A stretch of DNA of 64,000 nt from the NCBI GenBank assembly GCA_951406725.2, contig OX597817.1:99138001-99202000 (forward strand). Reading direction: 5' to 3'. Under the pieces are notes generated by a model. The model worked only from the letters and a program-made list of their open reading frames with translations. It made no database searches and was not told where the DNA came from. The position numbers were made by a program, and so were the translations under genes. Shown here one piece after another: positions 24,942-36,699 of this stretch. This DNA comes from Octopus vulgaris (taxonomy: Eukaryota). Position 1 is the stretch's first letter. Every line of letters begins with the position of its first letter.

Positions 24942-26319
24942 TTATATCAGTGGTTCGGTTTTCTCTTGTTCTTCTAACTCTTTTTCTGGGCCTCGTGGGG
25001 GAATCTGACGTAGGCCCTCGAATATATGTGGAGATGTCACATCCAATCTAAGTGGGCCTACGTCATGGAAGAATTCGGACTTTATCCGCCTGTAATCCTT
25101 ACGGCCTATTCTGTAGATTACAAAGTCATTTTTTTTTTCTACTTTCTCCACTTTGGCCATAGCTGCCAACACGTTTCCGAGTCTGCTATTTGCTGCCTTT
25201 ACGGCCATATACGAATCCATTGACTCTCTTTTCTTTTTTAAAATTACTCTGGGAGGGGTGGTTTCCGTTTTTCTTTTTTTTTTCCGGTAATTTTTTTCCA
25301 CCCCTCCTCATTTATCTTTTCCTCGCTCTTATTCTCCTCCGCCGCTGGTTCTGCTGTCACCGTCACCTCCACACCTTCAGTCTTCCCTTCTGGGCCGTCC
25401 GACGCTGCTTCTGGTGACACATTATCTTCTTTTTCTCTTGGCTTAGGTGCTTCCTGCGGTTTGGGTTGGGGTTGGCATTCCGCCCTTACATGACCCTTCT
25501 TGCCGCAGCCGAAGCACCTCGGCTTCCTGCCCTCCACGAAAACTGTTATTTTCTCATCTTCACTGATTTTTACCGTTTCTGGAATTTCTTCCAGTGTTTG
25601 TACCTCCGCCTGAATGGCTATCACTATTTTTTGCCCTTTCCAGAATTCCTCTTCTTCCACTGTGGCCTGGAGGATGTTTATTTTTTCCTCCAGGCCTACC
25701 ATCACTGCTGCCACCAGACATTCTGCATCTGCCTCTGGCGGTATGTTATTCATTGAAATTTTCGACGTCCTTTTTCCTCTATACAATGGTAGTAAAACAA
25801 TGTTTTCTGCTTTGATCGGTTCCATCGATAGTTTTTTTGCGATCTCTTCAGTGGTAAAACGCACCTCCACTGTGCCATATCTTTTTCCTCTGTTTATATA
25901 GGTTATTTTGTCCATTAACGGTTTCAGACAATACTCTATTTTTTTTCTTCGATTTTTTGTATCATTCTTGTTGCTGTGTTGTAAGTTTTATATATTATTC
26001 TTTTCTTCTCTATATCGTCGTGTTTCTGTATGTTTGTGACCACAGTCACCTCTGTGCCCTCTTTCTTTACACAGTCTGCAAATTTTTCCAGATTTTCTAC
26101 ATTTATTATTTTAATCTTTTTTCCAGCTACTTCCGTGAATTTTTTCGCTGGAGTTGATGCTGGTACTGGTTTTTCCATTTTCTTGGGCGACGCCGCCTCT
26201 TTTATCTTCAGCGACAATGCCTCTTTTTTCTTCGGCGACAACGCCTCTTTTTTTCTTGGCGACAACGCCGGGTATTCATCCTCGTTCGTCACGGGCGAAT
26301 AAGAGATGGGGGACTCCAT
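24942..26319 (-). pseudogene. Tx1/L1 ORF1 (RRM-like + CCHC gag knuckle)
   Basis: CFGCGKKGHVRAEC; three ORF pieces broken at homopolymer runs near 25940 and 25280. Confidence 0.88.
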
Positions 26320-26395
26320 CTTGAACAAATGGCTTTAACAAGCCTTTGGTAATTCCAAATTAATTGTAGTTTTAATTTGTAATTCCAAATTAATT

Positions 26396-26484
26396 GAAGT
26401 CAGCCTTCACGCGAGGACTTCGCGTTGGTGTTCCCCCTCCGTGGGGGAACACCAACGCGAAGTCCTCGCGCGAAGGCTGACTTC
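26396..26484 (-). repeat. 42-bp inverted repeat (hairpin, 5-nt loop) in the Tx1 5' UTR
   Basis: Arms 26396-26437 and 26443-26484; single mismatch at 26409/26471. Confidence 0.97.
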
Positions 26485-26580
26485 GTCAGTTAGACAACAA
26501 TAAACAAAACAGGTAGACAGACAGTATAGAATAACAAAGATAACAATGCGAGAGCAAAAATATATCAACTTACTAATAAA

Positions 26581-27255
26581 CCTTTAGAACAAGAGAACAA
26601 GAAACCATGATGGTCCTCTGGAAGACACTTGTCCTAAGTCACTTTGACTATTGCTCTCAGCTATGGTCACCATCCAGTGTCAAGTTGATCACAGAACTTG
26701 AGGCGATCCAACGAAGCTACACGAAGAAGATAGCCTCTATGCAGAATGTAAGCTACTGGGAAAGACTCAAGAGATTAAAATTATATTCTCTGGAGCGTAG
26801 GCGGGAAAGATATGCCATAATATACATCTGGAAGATCCTGGAGGGAAGTGTCCTGAACTTTGGCATCGAGAGTTACGCAAACGCCAGAACTGGGCGCCAC
26901 TGCGTGGTGCCTAGGACTCCAAACTTGCCATCAAGATGTAGGACAAGATTCTGTGATAGCCTGGGCTTCCGAGGCCCACAGCTCTTCAATATCCTCCCGA
27001 TGAACCTGAGAGACCTGCATGGGGTGGATACAGATGTCTTTAAAATGGAGCTGGATCTCTTCCTGTCAGGTGTCCCAGATGAACCAACTTCACGGCAGGA
27101 GGGGCAGATGAGGGCAGCTGCATCGAACTCTCTCATGCACCAAATAGCAGTTGCTAGAAAGCCTCCATGAAGTGAAACCAAGTAGCAACACCAAATGGCG
27201 GTGCCCCAGCATGGCCACAGCTCATAAGCTGAAACTGGAATCAATCAATCAATCA
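26581..27255 (+). mobile_element. 5'-truncated CR1-clade LINE inserted in the Tx1 5' UTR
   Basis: Open ORF 26607..27170 (DYCSQLWSP..YWERLKRLKLYSLERRRER); 3' stem-loop and (TCAA)n tail. Confidence 0.92.
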
Positions 27256-28376
27256 AACGCAAAAATAGCTTGGAGCCATGTGTGAAAATCTTCTTTTTTC
27301 TCTACATTGTATACTTTATAGACAATAGTCTTTTCTTTAATTTAATTTTTTATTATCCATCTGGACTATTCCATTACTGCACACTAATTTTATTTTTAAT
27401 TTATTCCCATTCATGTGAAACCACTTATTCAAGTTCAAGTCATTGATGCAATTTTATACCAATTGCTATTTTTACTTTTTTTTTATGTTACGATTATATT
27501 ATACTTTAGTTTGATTTTAATTATTACTTACTACATATAATTCAATTATTATTTTTATTGTTAAAGTGAAAGTATCTGACATAAGATAGAGAAATGTTTT
27601 TGTTTCACTTTTAACACGTAATACTGAAATAGTGGAGATGATATGATATTGCTATGGGCTCGCTCTAGGTAAGAAGTTGAACATTTTTTTTGCCCATAAA
27701 ACTACATGGACCCTAAGTAATGTATGAAATTGGTTGTGTAGTTCTCAAGTTTTAGGGAAACACACAGACAGATAGACACACATTCTCAGTTTTATATATA
27801 TATACACACACATATATAGATATACACACACATACATATGTATGTTTGTATATATGTGGATATATGTGTGTAAATATATATGTATGTATAATACAAATAA
27901 GAAAATGAAGGAACAAATTCATTTCAATCATCAACTTACAGATATTACCATTTCATATTATTTATTAACTATATAAATAGGAACATCCAAATCGAACAAA
28001 ACAATATACATCAATATGCAAGATAATAATACCATAAGAACAATACACATAAAATGGCCCTTACAGCTGTTTAGGCCTATAGATAAAAGTATCTCATTCT
28101 GCTTATATTAGATGTATTGAGGTAATATGCAGTTAAAAATGAGTTACTTATATATATATCTCAAGGATTCGTGAGAGATTACAAAGTACAATTATAAAAA
28201 TGTAAATATAAATATGAAACAAAATACACATACAATAGGATATATATTTATATATATATGTATATATATATATATATATATACACATAAGTTTATATGTA
28301 TACATATATATAAGTATATATATAAAAATATACATACACATAAGGTTACAAATAATTAATTATTTATACTAGAATA

Positions 28377-30136
28377 ATGCCTGATTTATTTGACATTACA
28401 ATGGGCTCGCCGGATTCAGCAGAAATGACTGATTTAGTAGGGATATATTTACTGGTTAATCTAAGTAGGGAATTCCCTGAATTGAGTGACGGCCTATATA
28501 GAGATGACGCTTTGTTTTTAATTAAGAATATATCTAACAGAAGACTAGAAATATTGAAGAAACGACTGCACAAATTTTTTAAGAGTTTTGGTTTATCAAT
28601 AACTATTGAAAATGAGAATTACTCTATAAATTACCTAGATGTTAATTGCAACCTCACTAATAGAATTCATGAACCTTATGTAAAACCTAATTCTAATCTA
28701 GTCTACATAAATAACTCTAGCAATCATCCCCATCAAATTAAAAGGTCACTGTTGCTTAGCATTAGTAAAAGAATCTCTAATCTATCCTCGAACGAAGCTA
28801 TATTCAATAGACATAGTGAAAAGTACAACTCCGCATTGCATAAGGCAGGATATAATGGTAAAATTAAATATATACCTAATAACAGCCTCAAAGATGGAAA
28901 TAAGTTAACAACTACAAATATACATGGGTTGGACGGGGTTAATGGCAATTCAAGGGTAAGGGGCAATAAAGAATATAATATTAATGTGAATGGTAATAAT
29001 GCTAGTAGCGGTATAAACAGGATTAATGATCATATATTAAATGTCAATGTACATAATATTAATAATAATAACGGAAATAGAAAAACTTATTTATACCATT
29101 TTAACAATAATAATTATGATAAGGAATTTAGTCATAATCTTAATAATATGAATTATAGAAAGTGTAGGGGAAATAAGAGGAATAGGGTATTTGTTAATAA
29201 TAGGAATGAGGCAGGTAACCAATATAGCAGTAATGATACACTGTGGCTAATAATTCCATATGCTATGCAAATTAAAACTGACATAGTTGGAAATATTCTT
29301 AATTTAATATACAAGCATTTTGGTAAGGGAAAGAATAAATATTGTGACATAATAATAAAACTATTAGAATGGGATACAACCTTACTCATAATTTGGCCAC
29401 CATAATATCCTCTTTTAATAATAGAAAACTAGATTATTTCTATCTAGATAGAAAGAAAAACTTAGGTAGCAGTAATGTGCCTCACTACCACTTGAGATTT
29501 AATAATTATAACAGTGTGAGTGAATGTAACCCTAATGGAGGCAATAATAGCGGTATTACTGTAACGATGAATAATATTAATAATATAAAATTTAGCCCAC
29601 CATTGAATAAGGGAATAATTAGTGAGAATGATAATAATATCAATAATAGTAATGCTGCTGGGAATGCAGCAATCTATATTCATAATAAAGTTAAACATTA
29701 TCAACTGGATAATAGCTGCAATTATAGAATTAAGGATAACTGTGTGTTCAATAATGAATGCTTGAGAAAGGAGGTGGTTTACCAATGTATGGTGAGTACA
29801 CAATATGATAGTAGGGTATATATTGGTGCTACTAAAAATAATATGAAACAGAGACTTAATTATCATAGATACACTTTTAGGAATAAGAATAGGATTAATA
29901 CAGCAGGGTTGAGTGCATATATTTGGGAGCTTAAGAACAAAAATATCAATTATAATTTACAATGGAAAATACTTACATCTGCACCAGTGTATAATAATAG
30001 AAATAGGAAATGCTCATTATGCATTAATGAAATTTTCTTTATGATCAAGGCTAATTTACCTATTCTCAACAATCTTAAGGAACGAAATGTTTCATGTCTT
30101 CATAGACTAGTGTATACTTTCTCTAGATTCAAATAG
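28377..30136 (+). mobile_element. Penelope-like element, RT C-terminal half + GIY-YIG
   Basis: MGSPDSAE, LYRDD, NYLDV, SNHP; VVYQC..VYIG..CSLC..CLHR; one frameshift near 29370. Confidence 0.9.
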
Positions 30137-30469
30137 CATTCGGTTTTAGATAGTATTTTTAAAAAACTTAAATAGTTGTTAAAGGCTTATGTACTGTATT
30201 TATCTAGGAATACTAATCTGCCATAAATTACGGGCATACTATTTTTGTATATCTATGTATAAGTGTTTTGTATTTGAATGTTTGTGTATTTATTATTTAT
30301 TTATTTATTTATATATTTTTATATAAATTGTTGTTTTTCTTTATATGTATATTGATATATATCTAATTTTCAACTGGTCTTTTTATGTATATGATATGCA
30401 TTCAGTTTTGGACTTCAGTGTACATAGTATGGGTCAATGTACTAAACACATTGTGATCAGTATTGGATA

Positions 30470-31335
30470 GGTGTGTATGTATACATGCGGATATGTATGT
30501 GGATATGTATGTGTGTGCATATATACTTATATACATTTATTTTTCATGTAGGTTTTTTGTATGAATCCACATGGTGGTCTTTGGTATTATGTTGTTTTCC
30601 TGTATGTATGAGCTGGTTTGTTATTTTTTATTTACTGGTACTTGTTAATTTATTATAACATATATGTGTGTATGTGTGCATATGTGTATGTGTATGTATG
30701 CATGTATGTATATGTGCATGTGTATGCATGCGTGTATATGCGTATATGGGTGTGTGCATGTATATGTTTGCATTTATGTATGTATGCATATGTATATATG
30801 CATGTATGCATATATACACGTATATGTGTGCATGCATGTGTATATGTGCTTACATGTATTTATGTGCATACATGTGTATGAGTGTGAATGGGTATGTGAG
30901 CGCATGTATGCGGTGCACATGTCTATGTGTGTGTACATGTGGGTATGCGCTTGTATGTATGGGTGCGTGTATGTGCACATATGTATGTGTGTGCACACAT
31001 GTATATGTGTGCACGCACATATATATGTGTACATGTGTGTATGTATGCATATGTATGGGCACGTATGTGTATATGTACATACTTTTGTGTATATATGTAT
31101 ATACTTGTGTGTATATGTATGTACGTATGTTTATGTGTGTGTGTGTATGCGCATGTATGTATAGGTATGTGTGTATATATGTGAGCGTATGACCATGTGT
31201 GTGTATATGTGTGGGTTGATGAATGGATGTATGTGTGTACATGCAGATATGTATATATGTATGTTTGAGGAGTCTGTATGTGGGTATATGAATGTATATT
31301 TATGTTGCGTGTGTATATATGTGTGTGTATGTGTG

Positions 31336-31379
<44 letters not shown>

Positions 31380-31930
31380 TGTGTGTACGCATATGTGTGT
31401 GTGTGTGTTTTGTATGTATGTGTGCTGATAAATGTATGTATATGTGTATACATACAGATATGTATTTATGTCTGTTTAAGAAGTGTGTTTGTATGTATGC
31501 AGATATGTATATATATCTATTTAAGTATTGTGTATGTATGTATATAAATGTATATATATATATGTGTGTGTATATATGTGTGAGTATGTGTATGTATATT
31601 TATATATACGTGTATGTATATATGTGTGCGTGTGTATGTGTGTATGTATGTATTTATATATGTATGTTTGTATGTATATATAAGTGTGTATGTATATATA
31701 TGTGTACGTGTGTGTATGTATATTTATATGTGGGTATATAGGTATATGTATGTATATATGTATGTGTGTATGTATGAATGTACATGTTTGTGTATATCTA
31801 TGAGTATTTATATGTATATTTATGCATATGTGTGGCTATCTATATGACTATATGTATGCAGGTGTGCATGTGTATATTTATGTACGTATACGAGTGTAGA
31901 TATGCATATGCATATATATTTGTGTACTTC
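30470..31930. repeat. Degenerate alternating purine-pyrimidine (TG/TA/TATG) tract, about 1.4 kb
   Basis: Seen directly; source of the many spurious C/V/Y/M and H/T/I ORFs. Confidence 0.95.
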
Positions 31931-32465
31931 AACCTATATTCGATTAGGGTATGTGTTGTATTTATAAGGATTTATAAGTAACGGTTGGTCTAAATATTTG
32001 TTTGTTTAGTTAACTACTTATTTGGTCCATCTCAATATTAATGGTTTTGATCTAACATTTATTTAAGTACGGGGATATACTTGTATAACCTAAGATTGCT
32101 AAATTACCTATTATATATAAGGGTATATAGATATGATAATGGATAACCTAAGATAAATAATAAATAACTATTATATGTATCGGTAAATAGATATATGAAT
32201 AGATAGATATTAATGCCGAATTAAAATATGAATAGTTGATTAATTAAGTAACAATAAAATTGTATGTGGTTTTCTACAGTATTCACACTAATTAACATGG
32301 ATAGACATCGTAAATATATCTATGGTATGTATGGTCTTAAACATAAACAGGAAGAAAGAACATGGTCAGATACAGTAAATTTTGTTTTTATTACAGTCTT
32401 TAATATAACTTAACATTTGCAAGTATAGCTTGTTACACATTCATATCTATGTGTATACGTGTGTA

Positions 32466-32691
32466 TATTTCTTTATTGCCCACAAGGGGCTAAACACAGA
32501 GGGGACAAACAAGGACAGACAAACGGATTAAGTCGATTACATCGACCCCAGTGCGTAACTGGTACTTAATTTATCAACCCCGAAAGGATGAAAGGCAAAG
32601 TCGACCTCGGAACGTAACGACATACGAAATACGGCTATGCATTTCGCCTGGCGTGCTAACGTTTCTGCCAGCTCGCCGCCTTAGCCAGCTC
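32466..32691 (-). mobile_element. Young family-B (Meta-core) SINE with a Tx1-type tail
   Basis: GGCGGCGAGCTGGCAGAA head, GCCTTTCATCCTTTCGGGG core, CpGs retained; 16-bp TSD TGTGTATACGTGTGTA at 32450-32465 and 32692-32707. Confidence 0.9.
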
Positions 32692-32769
32692 TGTGTATAC
32701 GTGTGTAGAATACATCCCCACTTTGACACCTATATATCATTAGACACAGCATAGTAATACTGTTTACTT

Positions 32770-35290
32770 TAAAACACAGTTTCTACAACTGAATGTCCTT
32801 CCTAACGCCAACCACTCCAAGTGTAATGGGTGCTTATTACATGCCGCCGGCACAGAGCCAGTCAGGCAGTACTGGCAATGACGTTGCTTGAATCTTTTTA
32901 CACATGCCACCGGCACAGGTACCAGTAAGGCAACGCTGGTAATGATCACACTCGAACGGTGCCTTTTTATGTGCCACTGGCATGGAAGCCGGTTAGCCAC
33001 TCTGTCAACGATCACACCCGCTAGCACAGATACCAGTCGTCGAATTTAATTTTGATTTCACTTGCATCAACAGGTCTTCGCAAGCAGAGTTTAGTGACCA
33101 AAGAAGGAAAAGGTATGTATACGCGGGCTGATCACGCTCCTGGCATAGGCCACAGGTTATGGTCTCATTTGGCTTGCAGGGTCTTCTCAAGCACAGCATA
33201 TTTCCAAATGTCTCGGTTGCTAGTCATTTCCTTGGTGAGGCCTAATTTTCAAAGGTCGTGCTTCACCACTTCATCCCAGGTCTTCTTGGGTCTACCTCTC
33301 CCACAGACTCCTTCAACCACTAGGGTGTGGAACTTTTTCACACAGCTATCCTCATCCATTCTCGTCTCTCTTGCACACCACATCTAATGCTTCTTAGGTT
33401 CAACTTTTCTCTCAAGGTACTTACACTCTGTCGAGTATGCACACTGACATTACACATCCATCGGCACATACTGGCTTCATTCCTTGTGAGCTTACACATG
33501 TCCCCGAAGTTACAGCCCATGTTTCACTGCCATGTAGCATGGCTGTTCGTACACATGCATCATACAGTCTACCTTTTACTCTGAGTGAGAGGCCGTTTGT
33601 CACCAGCAGAGGTAAGAGCTCTCTGAACTTTGCCCAAGCTATTCTAGCAGCTACACTTTCAGCGCACCCTCTTCCGCTACTGACTTGGTCACCTAGGTAA
33701 TGGAAGCTATCAACTACTTCTAGTTTTTCTCCCTGGAATGTGGCGGAAGTTGGTCTCTGCACATTTTCAGTGTTTATTGCTCCCGAGCATCTGCCACATA
33801 CAAAATCTATCTTCCCAGTTAGCCTTCCTTTGGTATTACTGCACCTCTTATGTGTCCATAGCTTACACTGGGTACATCTTATAGAGTTTTTACCAACGCC
33901 TCTACTACAGATCAAGCAGGACCATCTACCTGAAGGGAATTGTGCTTTGATTTTAGCTAGGTTGATTCTAAGGCCCTTTGATTCTAATCCTTGTTTCCAC
34001 ACCTGAAACTTCTCCTCTAGTTCTGATGGTGACTCAGCAATTAGAGCAAGGTCATCAACATAGAGGAGCTCCCAGAGGCATCCTGTCTTGAATTCTTCCG
34101 TTATTGACTACGATAAATAGGAGGGGGCTGAGGACTGAACCTTAGTGGACCCCTACCTCTACCCTGAATTCTTCAGTGTACTCGTTTCCAACCCTCACCT
34201 TACTTACAGCGTCCCTGTACATGGCTTGCACAGCTCTCACTAACCATTCATCTATTCCTAATTTCCTCATTGACCACCAGATAAGGGATCGGGGGACCCT
34301 GTCAAAGGCTTTCTCTATGTCAACGAAAGCCAGGTACAGGGGCTTATCTTTGGCTAGGTATTTCTCCTGCAGCTGTCTAACCAGATATATGACATCAGTG
34401 GTGCTTTTCCCTGGCATGAAACCAAACTGCATCTCATCCAAGCTGACTCTCTCCCTAATCAGTTGGGCGATGACCTTCTCTATAACCTTCATTACCTGAT
34501 CCAACAGCTTCATAGCTCTGTAATTATTTGTATCTAAAACATCACCTTTACCTTTGTAGCAGTTGACTATTATGCTGCTACATCAGTCATTGGGTATGAC
34601 TCCTTCGTGTATCACCTGGTTAATTATACGGGTGACTAAGCTATAGCCGACATTGCCAGATATTTTGAGCATCTCTGCAGTAATTCCTGATGGGCCTGAG
34701 GCTATCCCTGTCTTCATACTTCTAATTGCCTTATCTACCAAGGTACTGTCAACTCGGATAACTGGTACCTCTGTTGGGTTGACATTCGGCAGACTCTCTT
34801 TCTCCCATTCATTTTCTTTATTCAGCAACCTTTCATAATGGCGTTTCCAAACCTCTCTCTTTGCATCCTCATTTAGCGCAAGTGAACCATCATCCATGTG
34901 AACACATTTCTCTCCTACAACATCACGATTCTCTCTCACACACTGTTTTGCAACACGAAATACCTCAAGTTTTTGGTCCTCACAGCGCAGAATATTGGTA
35001 AATTTTTTCTTATCTGCTTCTCCTCTGGCTAAATAAACCTGCCTCCTAGCTCCCCTTCTGGCAGTCTGATACACTTCCCTGCTACCACCGTTCTTCCAGT
35101 CATTCCAAGGCTGTTTCTTTTGTCTAAAAGCCTTGTCAACAAAATTGTTCCACCACCACGTTATTTTGGGTCGAGAGGGGACTTTGCACCATACACAGAT
35201 CTGGTCGATGGCCCTTAGTAGGTTGTCCCGTAGGAACCTCCAGTTGTCTTCTATGCCATGTGAAGCTATATCCCCTTCTATTTCGTCATA
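32770..35290 (-). mobile_element. RTE-clade LINE (RT + Cys/His-rich PHD-like region + 3' UTR)
   Basis: MQFGFMPGKSTTD, FVDIEKAFDRVP, CLIC..C..C..WTHKRC (ORFs 33421, 34142, 34583). Confidence 0.9.
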
Positions 35291-35319
35291 TATGTGTGTG
35301 TGTGTATAATAATATAAAT

Positions 35320-35365
<46 letters not shown>

Positions 35366-35374
35366 CATATATAT

Positions 35375-35409
<35 letters not shown>

Positions 35410-36282
35410 AGCATATATACATACGTATATGTACATACTTACATATATACATATATACATATGCATACATAGGACGTCACAAAACATAAACAACAAAAAA
35501 TATGAAGTACAAGGGCATGGGATGAGGACTTTTTTTTGCAAGCAATGAAAGAAACAAAAGGAAAACAAGACAAATATCACAAAGAGCAACCCTTTATCAG
35601 TTGTCAGCTGTTTTTCTAATCCGTATTTGAAGCAATTCATGACAAGATATACCTTTGATAAAACAGTTACTCCTGCAAAGCAAATTAAATAAAATTTGGG
35701 ATTTTGTGGAGGGTCAGAATTGGTGACAAAAACAGGGCAGTGAAAACAAACAGGAAGGGCTGCTAAGCCTAAATGAGGTTGTTGTGGTGAACGTGAAGAA
35801 ACAAGCTTGGACAGGAGACAGATAAGAATACATCTTCCTTATCCAGCTGCAAGAGGAAGAAAGAATGAAATGCAAGTTAGGAGAAGAAAGAAAAATGGCT
35901 GATGGTCACGTGGGAGCCATGTGAGCAAAGGAGGAAGAGTGAGGGAGAGAGAGTGACAGACAGAGAACTGTGAATAGGAGAGGAAAAGGTTTAGAGATAG
36001 GATAGGAGAGAAAAAAGAGAGGTAAAAGATTAAGAGAAAGGAACTCCCACTAGTCTATCCTTTTACTCTTTCTTTCCTCTTTTCCTTTCTGGCAGTGTAT
36101 GATATATATATCATATACTGATATATATCATCACTGATATATATCATATATCAGTGATGATATATATATGTATGTATGTAAATATTTGTGTTTCTGTATT
36201 TTGTTTTTGTTTTTTTTTTTAAAGGTGTAGCGTTTGTAATAGTCTGGATAGAATTGACATATCGGTTCCATTCTAGCAAAAA

Positions 36283-36320
36283 CTGTCCGATGAACAGCAA
36301 CAGGAAACTCAGAGTAACAG
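36283..36320 (+). ncRNA. Degenerate type-I hammerhead in a pLTR-like cassette (about 36180-36425)
   Basis: CTGT-CCGATGA-..-GAAAC-TCAGA-GTA|ACAG: stems I and III pair, the core has U4C, stem II is poor. Confidence 0.55.
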
Positions 36321-36424
36321 GTTTTGTTGAATTTTCTGCTGCTTTAAATAAAGCATATTACTCTACCACTGGTATTTAAGTACTCTTTTTTCCACCTTGT
36401 TTCACATTTATGTGTTTACTCCGG

Positions 36425-36477
<53 letters not shown>

Positions 36478-36479
<2 letters not shown>

Positions 36480-36680
36480 CTTTACTTGTTTCAGTCATTT
36501 GAAGCAGCAATGCTGGAGCACTGCGTTTAGCTGAACAAACTAACCCCAGGACGTATTCTTTGTAAACCTAGTACTTATTCTGTTGGTCTCTTTTGCCAAA
36601 CTGCTAATTAGCAGGTTGTAAACACAGCAACATTGGTTGTCAAGTGATGGTGAGGGGACAAACAAAGACACACAAATATT
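36478..36680 (-). mobile_element. Family-A SINE, 3' half
   Basis: Reverse complement of the 4560-4745 segment. Confidence 0.8.
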
Positions 36681-36699
36681 TACATACATACATATATAT

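Larger units (their letters stand above)
21290..27275 (-). mobile_element. Young, near full-length Tx1/L1-clade LINE
   Basis: ORF1 with CCHC knuckle; ORF2 with APE + RT + C-terminal CCHC; TSD CCATGT at 21284-21289 and 27276-27281; much higher GC/CpG than the flanks. Confidence 0.92.

Noticed and set aside
21119-24950. Perfect 15-nt complementarity between 21119-21133 and the Tx1 ORF1/ORF2 junction (24936-24950)
   Set aside because: The 21119 copy is the LPLYQ codons of the older host ORF1 and lies outside the young element's TSD, so it is probably coincidence.
26390-26492. CTGACGA before the big hairpin as a hammerhead core
   Set aside because: The stem is followed by TCAA rather than GAAA, and there is no stem III or stem I.
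30473-31981. Many overlapping ORFs rich in C/V/Y/M or H/T/I (also near 19280, 35260, 47900, 57000)
   Set aside because: These are translations of TA/TG microsatellites.
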